Assembly: GCA_015478665.1 (NCBI GenBank)
Contig: JADMII010000012.1
Coordinates: forward strand, 13,202 to 77,201
Source of the DNA: Dehalococcoidia bacterium
GTDB lineage: Bacteria > Chloroflexota > Dehalococcoidia > DSTF01 > JACRBR01
Direction of reading: 5' to 3'
DNA: 64,000 nucleotides
Below the pieces are notes generated by a model. That model ran no database searches. It was not told the DNA's origin and was given only the letters and a program-made list of their open reading frames with translations. Shown one piece after another: positions 11,380-21,624 of this stretch (the first letter of the stretch is position 1; the number at the start of each line of letters is the position of its first letter). Made by a program: the position numbers and the translations under genes.

Positions 11380-13032
11380 ATGGCAGAGCAGCCGTTGCGC
11401 GTCATCCCCCTCGGCGGTCTCGGCGAGATCGGCAAGAATATGATGCTGTTCGAGTACGGCGAGGACGTCATCGCCGTCGACTGCGGGCTGATGTTCCCGT
11501 CCGAGGATATGCTCGGCATCGACCTCGTGATCCCCGACGTCGACTACATCATCGCCAACCGCAAGCACCTGCGGGCGATCTTCATCACCCACGGCCACGA
11601 GGACCATACCGGCGCGCTGCCCTACATCCTCAAGCAGATCAACGTACCCGTGTACTGCACGCCGCTCGCGCACGGACTGATCTCCGTGAAGCTGAAGGAG
11701 GCGCGCCTGCTCGCCAGTACGGACCTGCGCGAATTCAAGCCGGGCGACGTCGCCGAGGAAGGGCCGTTCACCGTCGAGCCGTTCCAGGTCGCCCACAGCA
11801 TCCCGGACTCCGTCGGATACGCCATCCGCACGCCTGTCGGCACCTGCGTCCATACCGGTGACTTCAAGCTGGACCACACGCCCGTCATGGGGCAGTCGAC
11901 CGACCTCGCGCGGCTCGCGCGGCTCGGCGAAGAGGGCGTGCTGCTACTGCTCGGCGACTCGACCTACGCGGAGATCGCCGGCTACACGCCGTCGGAGCAG
12001 TTGGTGGGCGAGTCCATCCTGCAGCTGATGTCGAAGGCCGAAGGGCGGGTGATCGTCACGACCTTCGCTTCGCTGATCGCCCGCGTGCAGCAGGTGTTCG
12101 ATGCCGCCGAGCGCACGGGCCGGCGCGTCTTCATCACCGGCCGCAGCATGATCGACAACGTGCATATGGCGCTCGAACGCGGCTACCTGCGCGCGCCGGA
12201 GGGCATGCTGGTATCGGTGCGCGAGCTGCCGCACGTGCCACACGGGAAGCTGGCCATCATCACCACGGGCAGCCAGGGCGAGCCGACCTCGGCGCTGACG
12301 CGGATGGCGAACCAGGACCACCAGCACGTGAAGATCGTCGAGGGTGATACCGTGATCCTTTCGGCGTCGGCGGTGCCGGGCAACGAGGCGCTCGTGCACC
12401 GGACGGTCGATAACCTGTTCAAGCTCGGCGCGAACGTGCTCTACAACCGCATCGCCGACGTGCACGTGCGCGGGCACGCGGCGCAGGAGGAGCTGAAGAT
12501 CGTGCAGTCGCTGGTGCGGCCGAAGTACTTCGTGCCTGTGCACGGTGAGTACCGCCACATGGTGCTGCACGCCCAGCTCGCGGAGTCGATGAACCAGGGC
12601 ACCGAGAGCTTCATCCTCACCGACGGCGACGTGCTCGAGCTGACCGCCGACAGCGCGCGCTACGGCGAGCGCATCCCGGCAGACTATGTGTACGTCGACG
12701 GCCTCGGCGTCGGCGACATCGACCACGTCGTGCTGCGCGACCGCAAGCACCTGGCGTCCGACGGCATGGTGGTCGTCATCCTGGCGATGGACAAGCAGAC
12801 GGGCCGCGTCGCCAGCCGGCCGGAGGTCGTGTCGCGCGGCTTCGTCGACATGGACGAGAGCGACTCGCTGCTCGAGCGCACGCGCGACGAGGTGCTGCGG
12901 ACGCTCGAGGGCGCCGACCACATCGTCGAGTGGGCGGCGGTGAACGCGCAGGTGAAGGACTCGGTCGCGAAGTTCCTCTACGACGAGACGCGGCGGCGGC
13001 CGATGGTGCTGCCGGTCGCGGTGGAGGTCTAG
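11380..13032 (+). CDS. rnj: Ribonuclease J
   Basis: LRVIPLGGLGEIGKNMMLFEY and the metallo-beta-lactamase motif ITHGHEDHTGALPY are present. The ATG follows AAGGAGCAC. The UDG stop sits 9 nt before this start. Confidence 0.85.
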   Translation: MAEQPLRVIPLGGLGEIGKNMMLFEYGEDVIAVDCGLMFPSEDMLGIDLVIPDVDYIIANRKHLRAIFITHGHEDHTGALPYILKQINVPVYCTPLAHGLISVKLKEARLLASTDLREFKPGDVAEEGPFTVEPFQVAHSIPDSVGYAIRTPVGTCVHTGDFKLDHTPVMGQSTDLARLARLGEEGVLLLLGDSTYAEIAGYTPSEQLVGESILQLMSKAEGRVIVTTFASLIARVQQVFDAAERTGRRVFITGRSMIDNVHMALERGYLRAPEGMLVSVRELPHVPHGKLAIITTGSQGEPTSALTRMANQDHQHVKIVEGDTVILSASAVPGNEALVHRTVDNLFKLGANVLYNRIADVHVRGHAAQEELKIVQSLVRPKYFVPVHGEYRHMVLHAQLAESMNQGTESFILTDGDVLELTADSARYGERIPADYVYVDGLGVGDIDHVVLRDRKHLASDGMVVVILAMDKQTGRVASRPEVVSRGFVDMDESDSLLERTRDEVLRTLEGADHIVEWAAVNAQVKDSVAKFLYDETRRRPMVLPVAVEV

Positions 13033-13035
13033 ACC

Positions 13036-15435
13036 GTGGCCGCAAGGACGCGCACGAAATCCGGCGCGCGCGGGCGCTCCGGCAAGGCGGCGGTGAAGGC
13101 GGTCGGCCGCCGCCGCTCCGGGCAGTCGGCGTACCAGACCGTGCACGATCTGCTGATCCGGCGCGAGAGTGTGGGCGTCGGGCTGTGGGTCATCGCGCTG
13201 CTGCTGATCCCGTGGGTGTCGCCGCTGCTACCGCCGCTCATCGACCTGCGCGACCGCGTCGTTTCGACCTTCGCGCTGCTCACGTTCGCCTGGATCGCGC
13301 TGCTCGCCTGGGCCGGCTGGCTCGTCGTCCGCGACGAGCAGGCGCGGCTCTGGTCGCGCTGGAAGCCATGGGCGGTCGGCGTGCTGGCGGCGTTGTTCCT
13401 GATGGGCTTCTTCGGCTTCTTCGCGCCGCGCTGGCACCTCGGCAACGTGCCGATGACCCGGCACAGCGCCGGCGGCGACATCGGCCGCGAGCTCGTGAGC
13501 AACCCGCTCGGCCTGCTGATCTGGCTCGCGGCCGGCATCGCCGCGTTCGCCTTGGCCGCGCCGGAGACAGCCGCGGCGGCGATGCGGGAGGCGCCGAACG
13601 CCGCCCGGACGGCGTGGGGCTGGCGCATCCCGCACCGCATCGGCCTGGCGACGAAGCGCGGCTTCGAGTTCATCTTCCCGACGCGCGCCACGCCAAAGGG
13701 CTCCGTGCAGGTGCCGCTCGAATCGGTGCTCTGGGCGCAGTCTTCGGGCGCCGCCACGGCGGACGAAGAGGACGCCAAGACCGACGAGGAAGCGGCGGTG
13801 CAGGCCTCACTCTTCCCGGAGCTCGACGCCGCGACGGAGGAAGAGGACGATGCCCCGAGCGTGACGGTCGACGCGAAGGGCAACCGGCGCTCGCGCGACG
13901 GCTGGCAGTTGCCGTCGATGGACGTACTGGCGGACAAGGCGCCCGTCGAGAACGGCCGCAGCGATAGCGCCGTCCGCGCCTCTGTCATCGAAGAGACGCT
14001 GGCGAGCTTCGGGGTCGATGCGAAGGTCGTGCAAGTGAACGAAGGGCCGACGGTCACGCAGTTCGGCATCGAACCGGGCTGGGACATCAAGACGCGCACG
14101 GTGATGGAGCGCGACCGCGACAACAAGCCGGTGCCTGACAAGGATGGCCGCCCGAAGACGCGTACCGAAGAAGTGTCACGCACGCGCGTCCGCGTCCAAC
14201 AGATCACGTCGCTGGCGAACGACATCGCGCTGGCGATGGCGGCGCCATCGATCCGCATCGAGGCGCCGGTGCCGGGGAAGCCGGTGCTGGGCATCGAAGT
14301 GCCGAACACCACGCTGGGCCTCGTGACGCTGCGCAGCGTCGTGCAGAGCGCGCAGTTCCAGAAGCAATCGTCGAAGAGCAAGCTCACGATCGCGCTGGGG
14401 CAGAGCGTCGCCGGCGAGGCGGTTGTCGCCGACTTGGCGCGCATGCCGCACCTGCTGATCGCCGGCGCCACGGGCTCAGGCAAATCCGTCTGCATGAACG
14501 CGATCATCTCCTGCGTGCTGATGCACGCATCGCCGGCGGAGGTGCGCTTCGTGATGATCGACCCGAAGCGCGTCGAGCTGTCGGCGTTCAGGCCGATCCC
14601 CCATCTCGCGTTCTCGAACATCGTCGTCGAGATGGACCAGGTCGTCGGGACGCTGCAGGCGGTGATCCAGGAGATGGAGGCGCGCTACCGCAAGTTCGCG
14701 GCGATCGCCGTGCGCAACATCGAGGGCTACAACCGGAGCCCGCGCGCCGGCGACAAGCTGCCGTACTGGGTCGTCATCATCGACGAGCTGGCGGACCTGA
14801 TGATGGCGGCGCCGTTCGAGGTCGAACGCCAGATCTGCCGGCTGGCCCAGCTCGCGCGGGCGACGGGCATCCACCTGGTCGTCGCGACGCAGCGGCCGTC
14901 GGTCGACGTGATCACCGGCCTGATCAAGGCGAACTTCCCAACGCGCATCGCCTTCGCCGTGAGCTCGATGGTCGACTCGCGGACGATCCTCGACATGGCC
15001 GGCGCCGAGAAGCTGCTGGGGCGCGGCGACATGCTCTACATGGCGCCGGACGCGGCGAAGCCGAAGCGCCTGCAGGGCGTGTACGTCTCCGACGAGGAGA
15101 TCGAGCGGCTCGTCGGCTTCTGGACGCAGGAGCGCTTCGCGGACATCGAGCGGCCGGTCTTCGACTCGCTGCTCGACGAGGCGAAGGCCGCCCTCGAGGC
15201 CGAAGGAGCGAGCGACGACATGTTCGAGCGCGCCAAGGAACTCGCGCTCGAGCACAACCGCGTCTCGACCTCGCTGCTCCAGCGGCGGCTGCGCATCGGC
15301 TACCCGCGGGCGGCGCGGCTGATGGATCTGCTCGAAGAAGCGGGCGTCGTCGGCGCGGCCGAGGGCGGCGGCTCGCGCGAGGTGCGCCAGGCCGAAGCAC
15401 GCACGCTGGATGTGCCCGAAGAGCTGCCGTTCTAG
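13036..15435 (+). CDS. ftsK: DNA translocase FtsK/SpoIIIE
   Basis: N-terminal TM segments, Walker A LIAGATGSGKSVCMNAIISCVL, and a C-terminal gamma/winged-helix domain. Confidence 0.85.
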   Translation: MAARTRTKSGARGRSGKAAVKAVGRRRSGQSAYQTVHDLLIRRESVGVGLWVIALLLIPWVSPLLPPLIDLRDRVVSTFALLTFAWIALLAWAGWLVVRDEQARLWSRWKPWAVGVLAALFLMGFFGFFAPRWHLGNVPMTRHSAGGDIGRELVSNPLGLLIWLAAGIAAFALAAPETAAAAMREAPNAARTAWGWRIPHRIGLATKRGFEFIFPTRATPKGSVQVPLESVLWAQSSGAATADEEDAKTDEEAAVQASLFPELDAATEEEDDAPSVTVDAKGNRRSRDGWQLPSMDVLADKAPVENGRSDSAVRASVIEETLASFGVDAKVVQVNEGPTVTQFGIEPGWDIKTRTVMERDRDNKPVPDKDGRPKTRTEEVSRTRVRVQQITSLANDIALAMAAPSIRIEAPVPGKPVLGIEVPNTTLGLVTLRSVVQSAQFQKQSSKSKLTIALGQSVAGEAVVADLARMPHLLIAGATGSGKSVCMNAIISCVLMHASPAEVRFVMIDPKRVELSAFRPIPHLAFSNIVVEMDQVVGTLQAVIQEMEARYRKFAAIAVRNIEGYNRSPRAGDKLPYWVVIIDELADLMMAAPFEVERQICRLAQLARATGIHLVVATQRPSVDVITGLIKANFPTRIAFAVSSMVDSRTILDMAGAEKLLGRGDMLYMAPDAAKPKRLQGVYVSDEEIERLVGFWTQERFADIERPVFDSLLDEAKAALEAEGASDDMFERAKELALEHNRVSTSLLQRRLRIGYPRAARLMDLLEEAGVVGAAEGGGSREVRQAEARTLDVPEELPF

Positions 15436-15511
15436 GCCCGCGAACCGCTGCGGGAGCGTGCGACCGGGCACGCCGGCCACGCGTGCGCCGGCAGACTGAT
15501 CGACGAGGCGC

Positions 15512-15781
15512 ATGACAGCCACCGAACGACCGGTCCTCGAAGCGACCTTGACGGAGCGGCTGCTGCCGGCCCACGACCCCGCACACGGCACGCCCGACCC
15601 CATGCTGCTGCGGACGCTGCGGCTGCGCATCGCGGGCGCGGAGGCGCGCTTCGAGCAGACGGACTACGGCCATCCCGGGCGCTTCAACGCCTGGGTGCCG
15701 CGCGGCATCGACGGCAGCCTGCAGGCGCGCGCGGCGGAGCTCCAGCGCGCGTGCGATGCTCTCTCCCGGTTGCTGCTCTGA
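15512..15781 (+). CDS. Hypothetical small protein
   Basis: ORF only; no motif. Confidence 0.15.
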   Translation: MTATERPVLEATLTERLLPAHDPAHGTPDPMLLRTLRLRIAGAEARFEQTDYGHPGRFNAWVPRGIDGSLQARAAELQRACDALSRLLL

Positions 15782-15955
15782 GCATCGAGACTGCCATCCG
15801 CGTCCGACATCCGCTGGCGCCGTCATCCCCTGTCGACGCAGTGACGAGCGCCGGCGGAGGCCAGCTGTAGTTCCCACGAGGTGGTGGGCACAAAGAGCGT
15901 GCCCGAGTCGGTGGCGCGGCCCCTACCCCGGCGACGAACGGCAACGCGGTGCCGT

Positions 15956-16047
15956 CAACAAGCCCCCAGCGCGAGTGGGCGGACGCTTGATGCTTCCCGT
16001 GGGCATAAGACAGCGAATCACAAGCCCCCGGCGCGAGTGGGCGGATG
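15956..16047. repeat. Two imperfect ~29-nt direct repeats (ACAAGCCCCCrGCGCGAGTGGGCGGAyG) spaced 63 nt apart
   Basis: Seen at 15956-15985 and 16019-16047. Only two copies, lying in the 440-bp gap between hypothetical ORF 15512..15781 and the large GT-C gene. Confidence 0.5.
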
Positions 16048-16223
16048 TCCGGGTCTCCACGAGTAACGACGAACGGACGATCGCCCTCGATGACTCCTCG
16101 ATGAGGACAATGCCAACCGCCCGCACACCGCACGTGGCGGCCTCACTCCGCTCGCGCGGATCCGTCAAGAACGTCTCCTGGAACTCCAGCCAGACCGCAT
16201 CGTCTCCGACCGCTCGCCGCTGC

Positions 16224-19200
16224 TTACGGCTGCAGGTCGCTCGCGGCGGCCGGAATGCTGACCGTCAGCCGGTAGACGCGCGCGCTCGTCGGGTCGACGA
16301 CGTACACCGCGCCGTCCCGCCCGACCGCTATGCCTGTCGGGTGCACGCCGGTGACGCCACCGCGGAACTGGTAGGCCCCGCGCTGCTTGCCGCTCCGGTC
16401 ATAGACGAGGACACGCTGGTTCAACGGGTCGGTCACGAGCAGCAGCTTGCCGCTGATCGCGAGGTGCGGCACCTGCACGCCCGCGCCGCCGGCGCCGGCC
16501 GTCTTGCGCGACGTGGCGCCATCGGCGCTGATCACCAACTGGCGCTTCTCGAAGTCGTCCATGTACAGCGTGCCGTCGGCGGCGATGGCGATGTCGGACG
16601 GCTGCACCGCCTTCACGTCGATGCCGGCGGTCGAGATCGGCAGCGTCTCGACGCCGCCGCCGGCCAGCGGAACGCGATAGACCGTGCCGCCGCTGGGCGA
16701 TGTGACGTAGGCGGAATCGCCGGCGACGCTCACACCCGACGCTGAGGCGAAGGCGCCATCGAACCGGCGCAGCACCTCGCCGGCTGTGCTGAGCACGAAC
16801 AGCGACCGCGAGCCGGCATCGAGCACGACGATGCGACCGTCAGCCGTCGTGTCGATGTCAGCGATCCGGCTTGCCGGCGTCTTGAGTTTGCGCACGCCAC
16901 CTGCCCGTGGGATGAGGAAGAGCGTGTCCCGCGCGCCCGTCACGATGGTCCCGTCCGTCAGCACGGCTATGCCGGCGGCTCCATCGGCTCCATCGACGAG
17001 CAAGCCGCCACCGGCCCACGTCGGGTCCGGCGCGAGGCTGACGAGCGCGGGCTGGACGTAGGCGGCGGCCGGCTCGAACTCGCTGCCGTCGGCGAGGCGC
17101 CAGGGACCACCGGGCGGCTGCAGGTAGAGCGCCCATGGCGCCGGCGACGCGTTCGCGTACTGGATGGAGACGACGTGCGGACCTCGCGCGAGCTCGACGC
17201 CGCCTTCGACGCGCCGCGGTGAGTGGCCGCCGCCGTTGTCTACGACCAGCGCATCATCGACGAACAGCTGCGCCGACGAGCCGCCATCGAGCGCGAAGCC
17301 GTAGGTGCCCGCGGCCGGCGCCGTGTAGGTGCCGCGATATTCGGCGCTCGCCGTGCCCGCTGGCAACGCGCCGACGGCGTACGGCACCCGCGCGATCTGT
17401 ACCGGCGGCGTGCTGAAATCGGAGCTCGAGCGGAAGAGCGCCTGGAAGCCGCGCGTCCCGGCGCTCGTCGCGTAGAGGCTGTCGGCGGCATCGGTCACCA
17501 CGCCGTCGATGTCGACCTGCGCCGACATCGCGCCGGCGGTCGCAGCGCCGGCGATGAGCCGGACGCGATGTTCGCCGAACGTGAGCGCCTGCGGGGGCGA
17601 CACGACTCGCCCGCTGCCCTCGATCACGCGCCTGCCGTCGATCTCGATCGCGACGGGCCCGGGCGACGCGAGCGTGATCCTCGTGTCGCCGGGGAACGAG
17701 GGCACCCAGAGGTACCCATCCCAGACGCCCGTCGCCACGCCGCCGGCGCGCAGATCGCCGGCTGACCACGCCCGCGCCGGCAGCGCCCGCGACGTCGATT
17801 GAGGCGCCGCCGCGATGTCGCTGCTGCCGTAGAGCGCGAACGGCAGCGCACGCGCCGCGTCGAGGTCCGACGCCGGAATCGTGATGCTGGTGAAGTACGT
17901 GCGACCGTAGGGGTCGACGTCATCACGGCGCTGCAGCCCCGGGTAGAGGCGCGCCAGCGTCGGGATGATGCCGAAGTCGCGCTGGTCGATGATCAGGAAC
18001 GCATCGCGCCTGCTGCGTGGAAGGACGATCTGCGTCGTCGGCGTGTAGACGCGCGTCGCCTTGCCGCGCGCCAGCACGCGGAACGCCGGCTGGGCGGCGA
18101 ACTCCGCCGTCACGTAGACATCGTCTTGTGCTGCCTGCCTGGCGGCGAGTTGTCCGACGTCCGTGAACACCGGGATGAAGGCGTCGTACACGGCCTGCGA
18201 CTCCGCCTGTCTGCCGAACAGCTGCTGGAAGTTGATGGCGGCGCTGCTGCCGACGAGCGCGACGGCGCCGACGGCGAAGAGCGCCGCGCCGGCGCGCGTC
18301 GGCGTCAGCGTGCGGTAGAGGAATGCCACGGCGAGCCCGACGAGGAGGTAGCCCGGCGGGATGGCACCCACCGTGCGGATGGCGCTGGGATTCTCAATGC
18401 TGATCGTGAGGACGCCGGGCACGAGCGAGAGCACGAACCAGACGGCCATCGACCCCCTCCGCCAGTTGCGCAGCGACCAGACGGCGACGGCCAGGCCGAG
18501 GACGAAGAGGGCGCCCGTGATCTCGTCGAGCATCGGCGCCTTGGGGAGGTTGTGGCGCCCGTTCCCATCGCCGCGCACGTTCATCATCTCGGCCGCCGCG
18601 CGGATGTTCGAGCGCAGCGGCTCGTACGTATCCTTCCGGTCGATCTCCCTGAAGACGCTGACGTCCCGCGTGCGCGCCAGGAACTTGTCCTGGTGGAGAT
18701 ACGCGAACTGCCCGAGCGGCGCGATGACGATGAGGAAGGCGACGCCATAGACGACGATCCCCGGGATGTTCCGGAGCACGAGGCGCCGCTCCGTGACGAG
18801 CACGTACGCCAGCATGAGCGCCATCACGATCGGCACCACCCGGAACGACGGGTACGAGTAGATGCCGGCGGCAAGTGAGCCGCCGGCAAGCGCGAAGAAC
18901 AGCTTCCGTCCCGTCTCCATGCCGCGGACGAAGAAGTAGACGGCAAGCACCGAGAACAGCGGCACCAGCGAGGCGTCCCAGGAGATCCGACTGAACGTCG
19001 TCGCGAAGCGCGAGACGGCGAGGAGCGCGGTCGCCACAAGCGCCGGCACGGGCCCGAGCAGCCAGCGCGCGAGGAAGTAGAACGCCACGACCGTGGCGAT
19101 CCCGGCGAGCGCCGGCACGATGCGGAAGGCGAAGACGGTGTACCCGAACGTCTTGAACGACAGCACCAACAGATAGGGGTACAGCGACGCGCGCCCGAAA

Positions 19201-19724
19201 TTCGAGTCGCGCCACACCGTGAGGTGGTCCTTGTCGATGATCGACAGTGCGTCGGCGCCGATCACGCCCTCGTCGTACCACAGCCCCGGCGGGAAGTGGC
19301 TGAACCGGAAGAAGCGGAAGAAGAGCGCGACGCCGACGACGCCGGCGAGCAGCACCAGCTCCCAGCGCAGCGAGAGCGCGGGCGGCGCCGCGCGTGAGGG
19401 CGCCGTCGGCGTCGCTTGCGCCTGCGATGCCGGATGCGCGAGCGCGAACGCCGCCGCCGCGAACAGCACAACTGCCGGGACGAAGCCCCAGGCGGGGTGC
19501 GGCGCCGGCGAGCCGACGGTGATCCCGAACTGGGCCGCGAGCGCGACGAGCACGCCGAGCACCGCCAGGATCGGCGCCGCCTGCTGCCGCGCGATGCGCC
19601 GTGCCCGGCCGGGGCCAGTGCCGCCGCCCGCTGTCGTCGCTGTGATGGACGTCCCGACGGACGACGCCGTGAGCGTGGAGCTGCTCGCGGCGTCCGTCGT
19701 GGCGTCTTCGATGCCGGGATCCAT
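16224..19724 (-). CDS. Polytopic GT-C-fold glycosyltransferase-like protein (PMT/ArnT-like) with extracytoplasmic PA14 and NHL-repeat domains
   Basis: The ATG at 19724 follows GGAG. The N-terminus is Ser/Thr-rich, followed by about 12 TM helices with a first-loop GLWYDEG (the DE motif of PMT_2/ArnT-type GT-C enzymes). A PA14-like segment (GTYGFALDGGSSAQLFVDDALVVDNGGGH) and C-terminal NHL-type repeats (VYVVDPTSARVYRL) follow. The track ORF extension to 21401 is an out-of-frame shadow over the ABC gene. Confidence 0.65.
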   Translation of the reverse strand: MDPGIEDATTDAASSSTLTASSVGTSITATTAGGGTGPGRARRIARQQAAPILAVLGVLVALAAQFGITVGSPAPHPAWGFVPAVVLFAAAAFALAHPASQAQATPTAPSRAAPPALSLRWELVLLAGVVGVALFFRFFRFSHFPPGLWYDEGVIGADALSIIDKDHLTVWRDSNFGRASLYPYLLVLSFKTFGYTVFAFRIVPALAGIATVVAFYFLARWLLGPVPALVATALLAVSRFATTFSRISWDASLVPLFSVLAVYFFVRGMETGRKLFFALAGGSLAAGIYSYPSFRVVPIVMALMLAYVLVTERRLVLRNIPGIVVYGVAFLIVIAPLGQFAYLHQDKFLARTRDVSVFREIDRKDTYEPLRSNIRAAAEMMNVRGDGNGRHNLPKAPMLDEITGALFVLGLAVAVWSLRNWRRGSMAVWFVLSLVPGVLTISIENPSAIRTVGAIPPGYLLVGLAVAFLYRTLTPTRAGAALFAVGAVALVGSSAAINFQQLFGRQAESQAVYDAFIPVFTDVGQLAARQAAQDDVYVTAEFAAQPAFRVLARGKATRVYTPTTQIVLPRSRRDAFLIIDQRDFGIIPTLARLYPGLQRRDDVDPYGRTYFTSITIPASDLDAARALPFALYGSSDIAAAPQSTSRALPARAWSAGDLRAGGVATGVWDGYLWVPSFPGDTRITLASPGPVAIEIDGRRVIEGSGRVVSPPQALTFGEHRVRLIAGAATAGAMSAQVDIDGVVTDAADSLYATSAGTRGFQALFRSSSDFSTPPVQIARVPYAVGALPAGTASAEYRGTYTAPAAGTYGFALDGGSSAQLFVDDALVVDNGGGHSPRRVEGGVELARGPHVVSIQYANASPAPWALYLQPPGGPWRLADGSEFEPAAAYVQPALVSLAPDPTWAGGGLLVDGADGAAGIAVLTDGTIVTGARDTLFLIPRAGGVRKLKTPASRIADIDTTADGRIVVLDAGSRSLFVLSTAGEVLRRFDGAFASASGVSVAGDSAYVTSPSGGTVYRVPLAGGGVETLPISTAGIDVKAVQPSDIAIAADGTLYMDDFEKRQLVISADGATSRKTAGAGGAGVQVPHLAISGKLLLVTDPLNQRVLVYDRSGKQRGAYQFRGGVTGVHPTGIAVGRDGAVYVVDPTSARVYRLTVSIPAAASDLQP

Positions 19725-19795
19725 GGCGCTCCGAACTGCGAATCTCGGGCAGAGTATACGGCAGGCGGACGCAGCCGCTGCGACCGCGGGTGCGA

Positions 19796-21622
19796 TCAGG
19801 CGCCGGACGCAGCCGCCGGCGGCACGCTCGTCTCCGCCGGCGTGTCGCGCTGCTGGAGGAGCCAGAGGCGGAAGTAGCGGCCGCGCCGCGCGAGCAGCTC
19901 GTCGTGGGTGCCCGTTTCGACGATCTCGCCGTGGTGCAGCACGATGATCCTGTCGGCGTCGCGGATCGTCGCCAGCCGGTGGGCGATGATGATGCTCGTG
20001 CGCCGCGCGGTCAGCCGCTCGAGGCTCTCCTGGATCAGCGCCTCCGTCTCGGAGTCGATGCTGGCAGTCGCCTCGTCGAGCACGAGCATGACTTCCGGGT
20101 CGAAGGCGACCGAGCGCGCGAAGGCGAGCAGTTGCTTCTGGCCGGTGCTGAGGTTGGCGCCGCGCTCGACGAGCTGGTGCTGGTAGGTGTGCGGCAGCTC
20201 GTTGATGAAGCGATCGGCGCCGACGAGGCGGGCGGCGTCGCGCACCCGCTCCATCGGGATCGACTCGTCGCGCAGGCGGATGTTCTCTTCGATCGTGCCG
20301 GTGAAGATGAAGGGGTCCTGAAGCACGAGGCCGATGTGCTTGCGCACCTGGTGCTGGCGGGCATGCGCGATGTCGATGCCATCGAGCAGGATGCGGCCGT
20401 GCTGCACGTCGTAGAAGCGCAGCAGCAGGTTGATCATGCTCGACTTGCCGGCGCCCGTCGCGCCGACGAAGGCGATGCGCTCGCCGGGCTCGATGCGGAA
20501 GCTCACGTCCTTCAGCACCCAGGTGTCCGGCACATAGGCGAACGACACGTGCTCGAACTCGACGGCGCCGGCGATCTTCTCCGGCAGGTCGACGGCGTCG
20601 GGTATATCCTGCACGCCCTCCGGCTCGTCCATCAGCGTGAAGATGCGCTCGAGGGCGGCCATCGCCTGCTGCAGGATGTTGAAGCGGTCGGCGATCTCGC
20701 GCACGGGGTTGTAGTACATCGCGACGAGCAGGATGAAGGCATAGAGGCGGCCAATGGTCAGCTGGTCGTTGAGCACGAAGCGGCCGCCGACGACGATGAT
20801 GATGCCGGTGGTGATCGCGCTGACCATCGCGACAACCGGCTCGAAGAGCGCGAACTGGTGCACGACTTCCAGGTTGGCGTCGAGCAGGCGCCTGTTGTGG
20901 ACGGCGAACTCCTGCCGGTCGCGACGCTGGCGCCCGAAGAGCTGGACGAGCAGGATGCCGCCGATGTGCTCGGCGACGAAGCCGTTGAGCCGCGCGACGT
21001 GCAGCCGCTGCCTCCGGAACGCGTTTCGCATGGCGACGGCGAACCAGCGCATGAGCACCGCGAGCACCGGCACGATCGCCAGGGTGATCAGCGCAAGCTT
21101 CCAGTCGATCACGAGGAGGGCGATGGCGACGCCGACGATCATGAACAGGTCGGCGATGATCGTGATCGCGCCGGCCGTGAGCAAGGCATCGAGCGCGACG
21201 ATGTCGTTCGTCAGCCGCGTCACCAGGCGGCCGACGGGATTCGCGTCGTAGAAGGCGATCGACATCCGCTGCAGATGGCGGAACAGCTTGAGGCGGATGT
21301 CGTTCATCACCTTCTGCGAGACCAGCACCATCTGCACCGACTGGACGTAGCGGAGGACAAACATGAGCACGAGGATCGCCAGGTACGCCGTGACGATCCA
21401 CCAGAGATCCTTCGTCGTCCCTTTGGCGACGTCACGGTCGATCGCCTGCTGCACGAGCAGCGGCTGCGCGAGCTGGAGGGCGGTGGTGATCAGCAGCAGG
21501 CTGACGGCGAGGAACACGCGCAGCCGGTGGACGCGCATGTGCGACCAGAGCCGGCTCACCAGCCGCTGGTCGTACGCCTTGCCGATCGCATCGTCCTCTT
21601 CGTTGTAGCCGTGGATCGCCAT
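19796..21622 (-). CDS. ABC exporter, fused permease/ATPase half-transporter (MsbA/type I exporter-like), subunit B
   Basis: Six-TM exporter domain plus an NBD with Walker A GATGAGKSS, the signature LSTGQKQLLAFAR, and Walker B LVLDEATASID. The ATG at 21622 lies 2 nt after the stop of the upstream ABC gene. Confidence 0.8.
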   Translation of the reverse strand: MAIHGYNEEDDAIGKAYDQRLVSRLWSHMRVHRLRVFLAVSLLLITTALQLAQPLLVQQAIDRDVAKGTTKDLWWIVTAYLAILVLMFVLRYVQSVQMVLVSQKVMNDIRLKLFRHLQRMSIAFYDANPVGRLVTRLTNDIVALDALLTAGAITIIADLFMIVGVAIALLVIDWKLALITLAIVPVLAVLMRWFAVAMRNAFRRQRLHVARLNGFVAEHIGGILLVQLFGRQRRDRQEFAVHNRRLLDANLEVVHQFALFEPVVAMVSAITTGIIIVVGGRFVLNDQLTIGRLYAFILLVAMYYNPVREIADRFNILQQAMAALERIFTLMDEPEGVQDIPDAVDLPEKIAGAVEFEHVSFAYVPDTWVLKDVSFRIEPGERIAFVGATGAGKSSMINLLLRFYDVQHGRILLDGIDIAHARQHQVRKHIGLVLQDPFIFTGTIEENIRLRDESIPMERVRDAARLVGADRFINELPHTYQHQLVERGANLSTGQKQLLAFARSVAFDPEVMLVLDEATASIDSETEALIQESLERLTARRTSIIIAHRLATIRDADRIIVLHHGEIVETGTHDELLARRGRYFRLWLLQQRDTPAETSVPPAAASGA

Positions 21623-21624
21623 CG

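Noticed and set aside
15956-16047. Possible CRISPR array
   Set aside because: There are only two repeat copies with one 63-nt spacer, no cas genes nearby, and the repeats are imperfect. Reported as a simple direct repeat instead.
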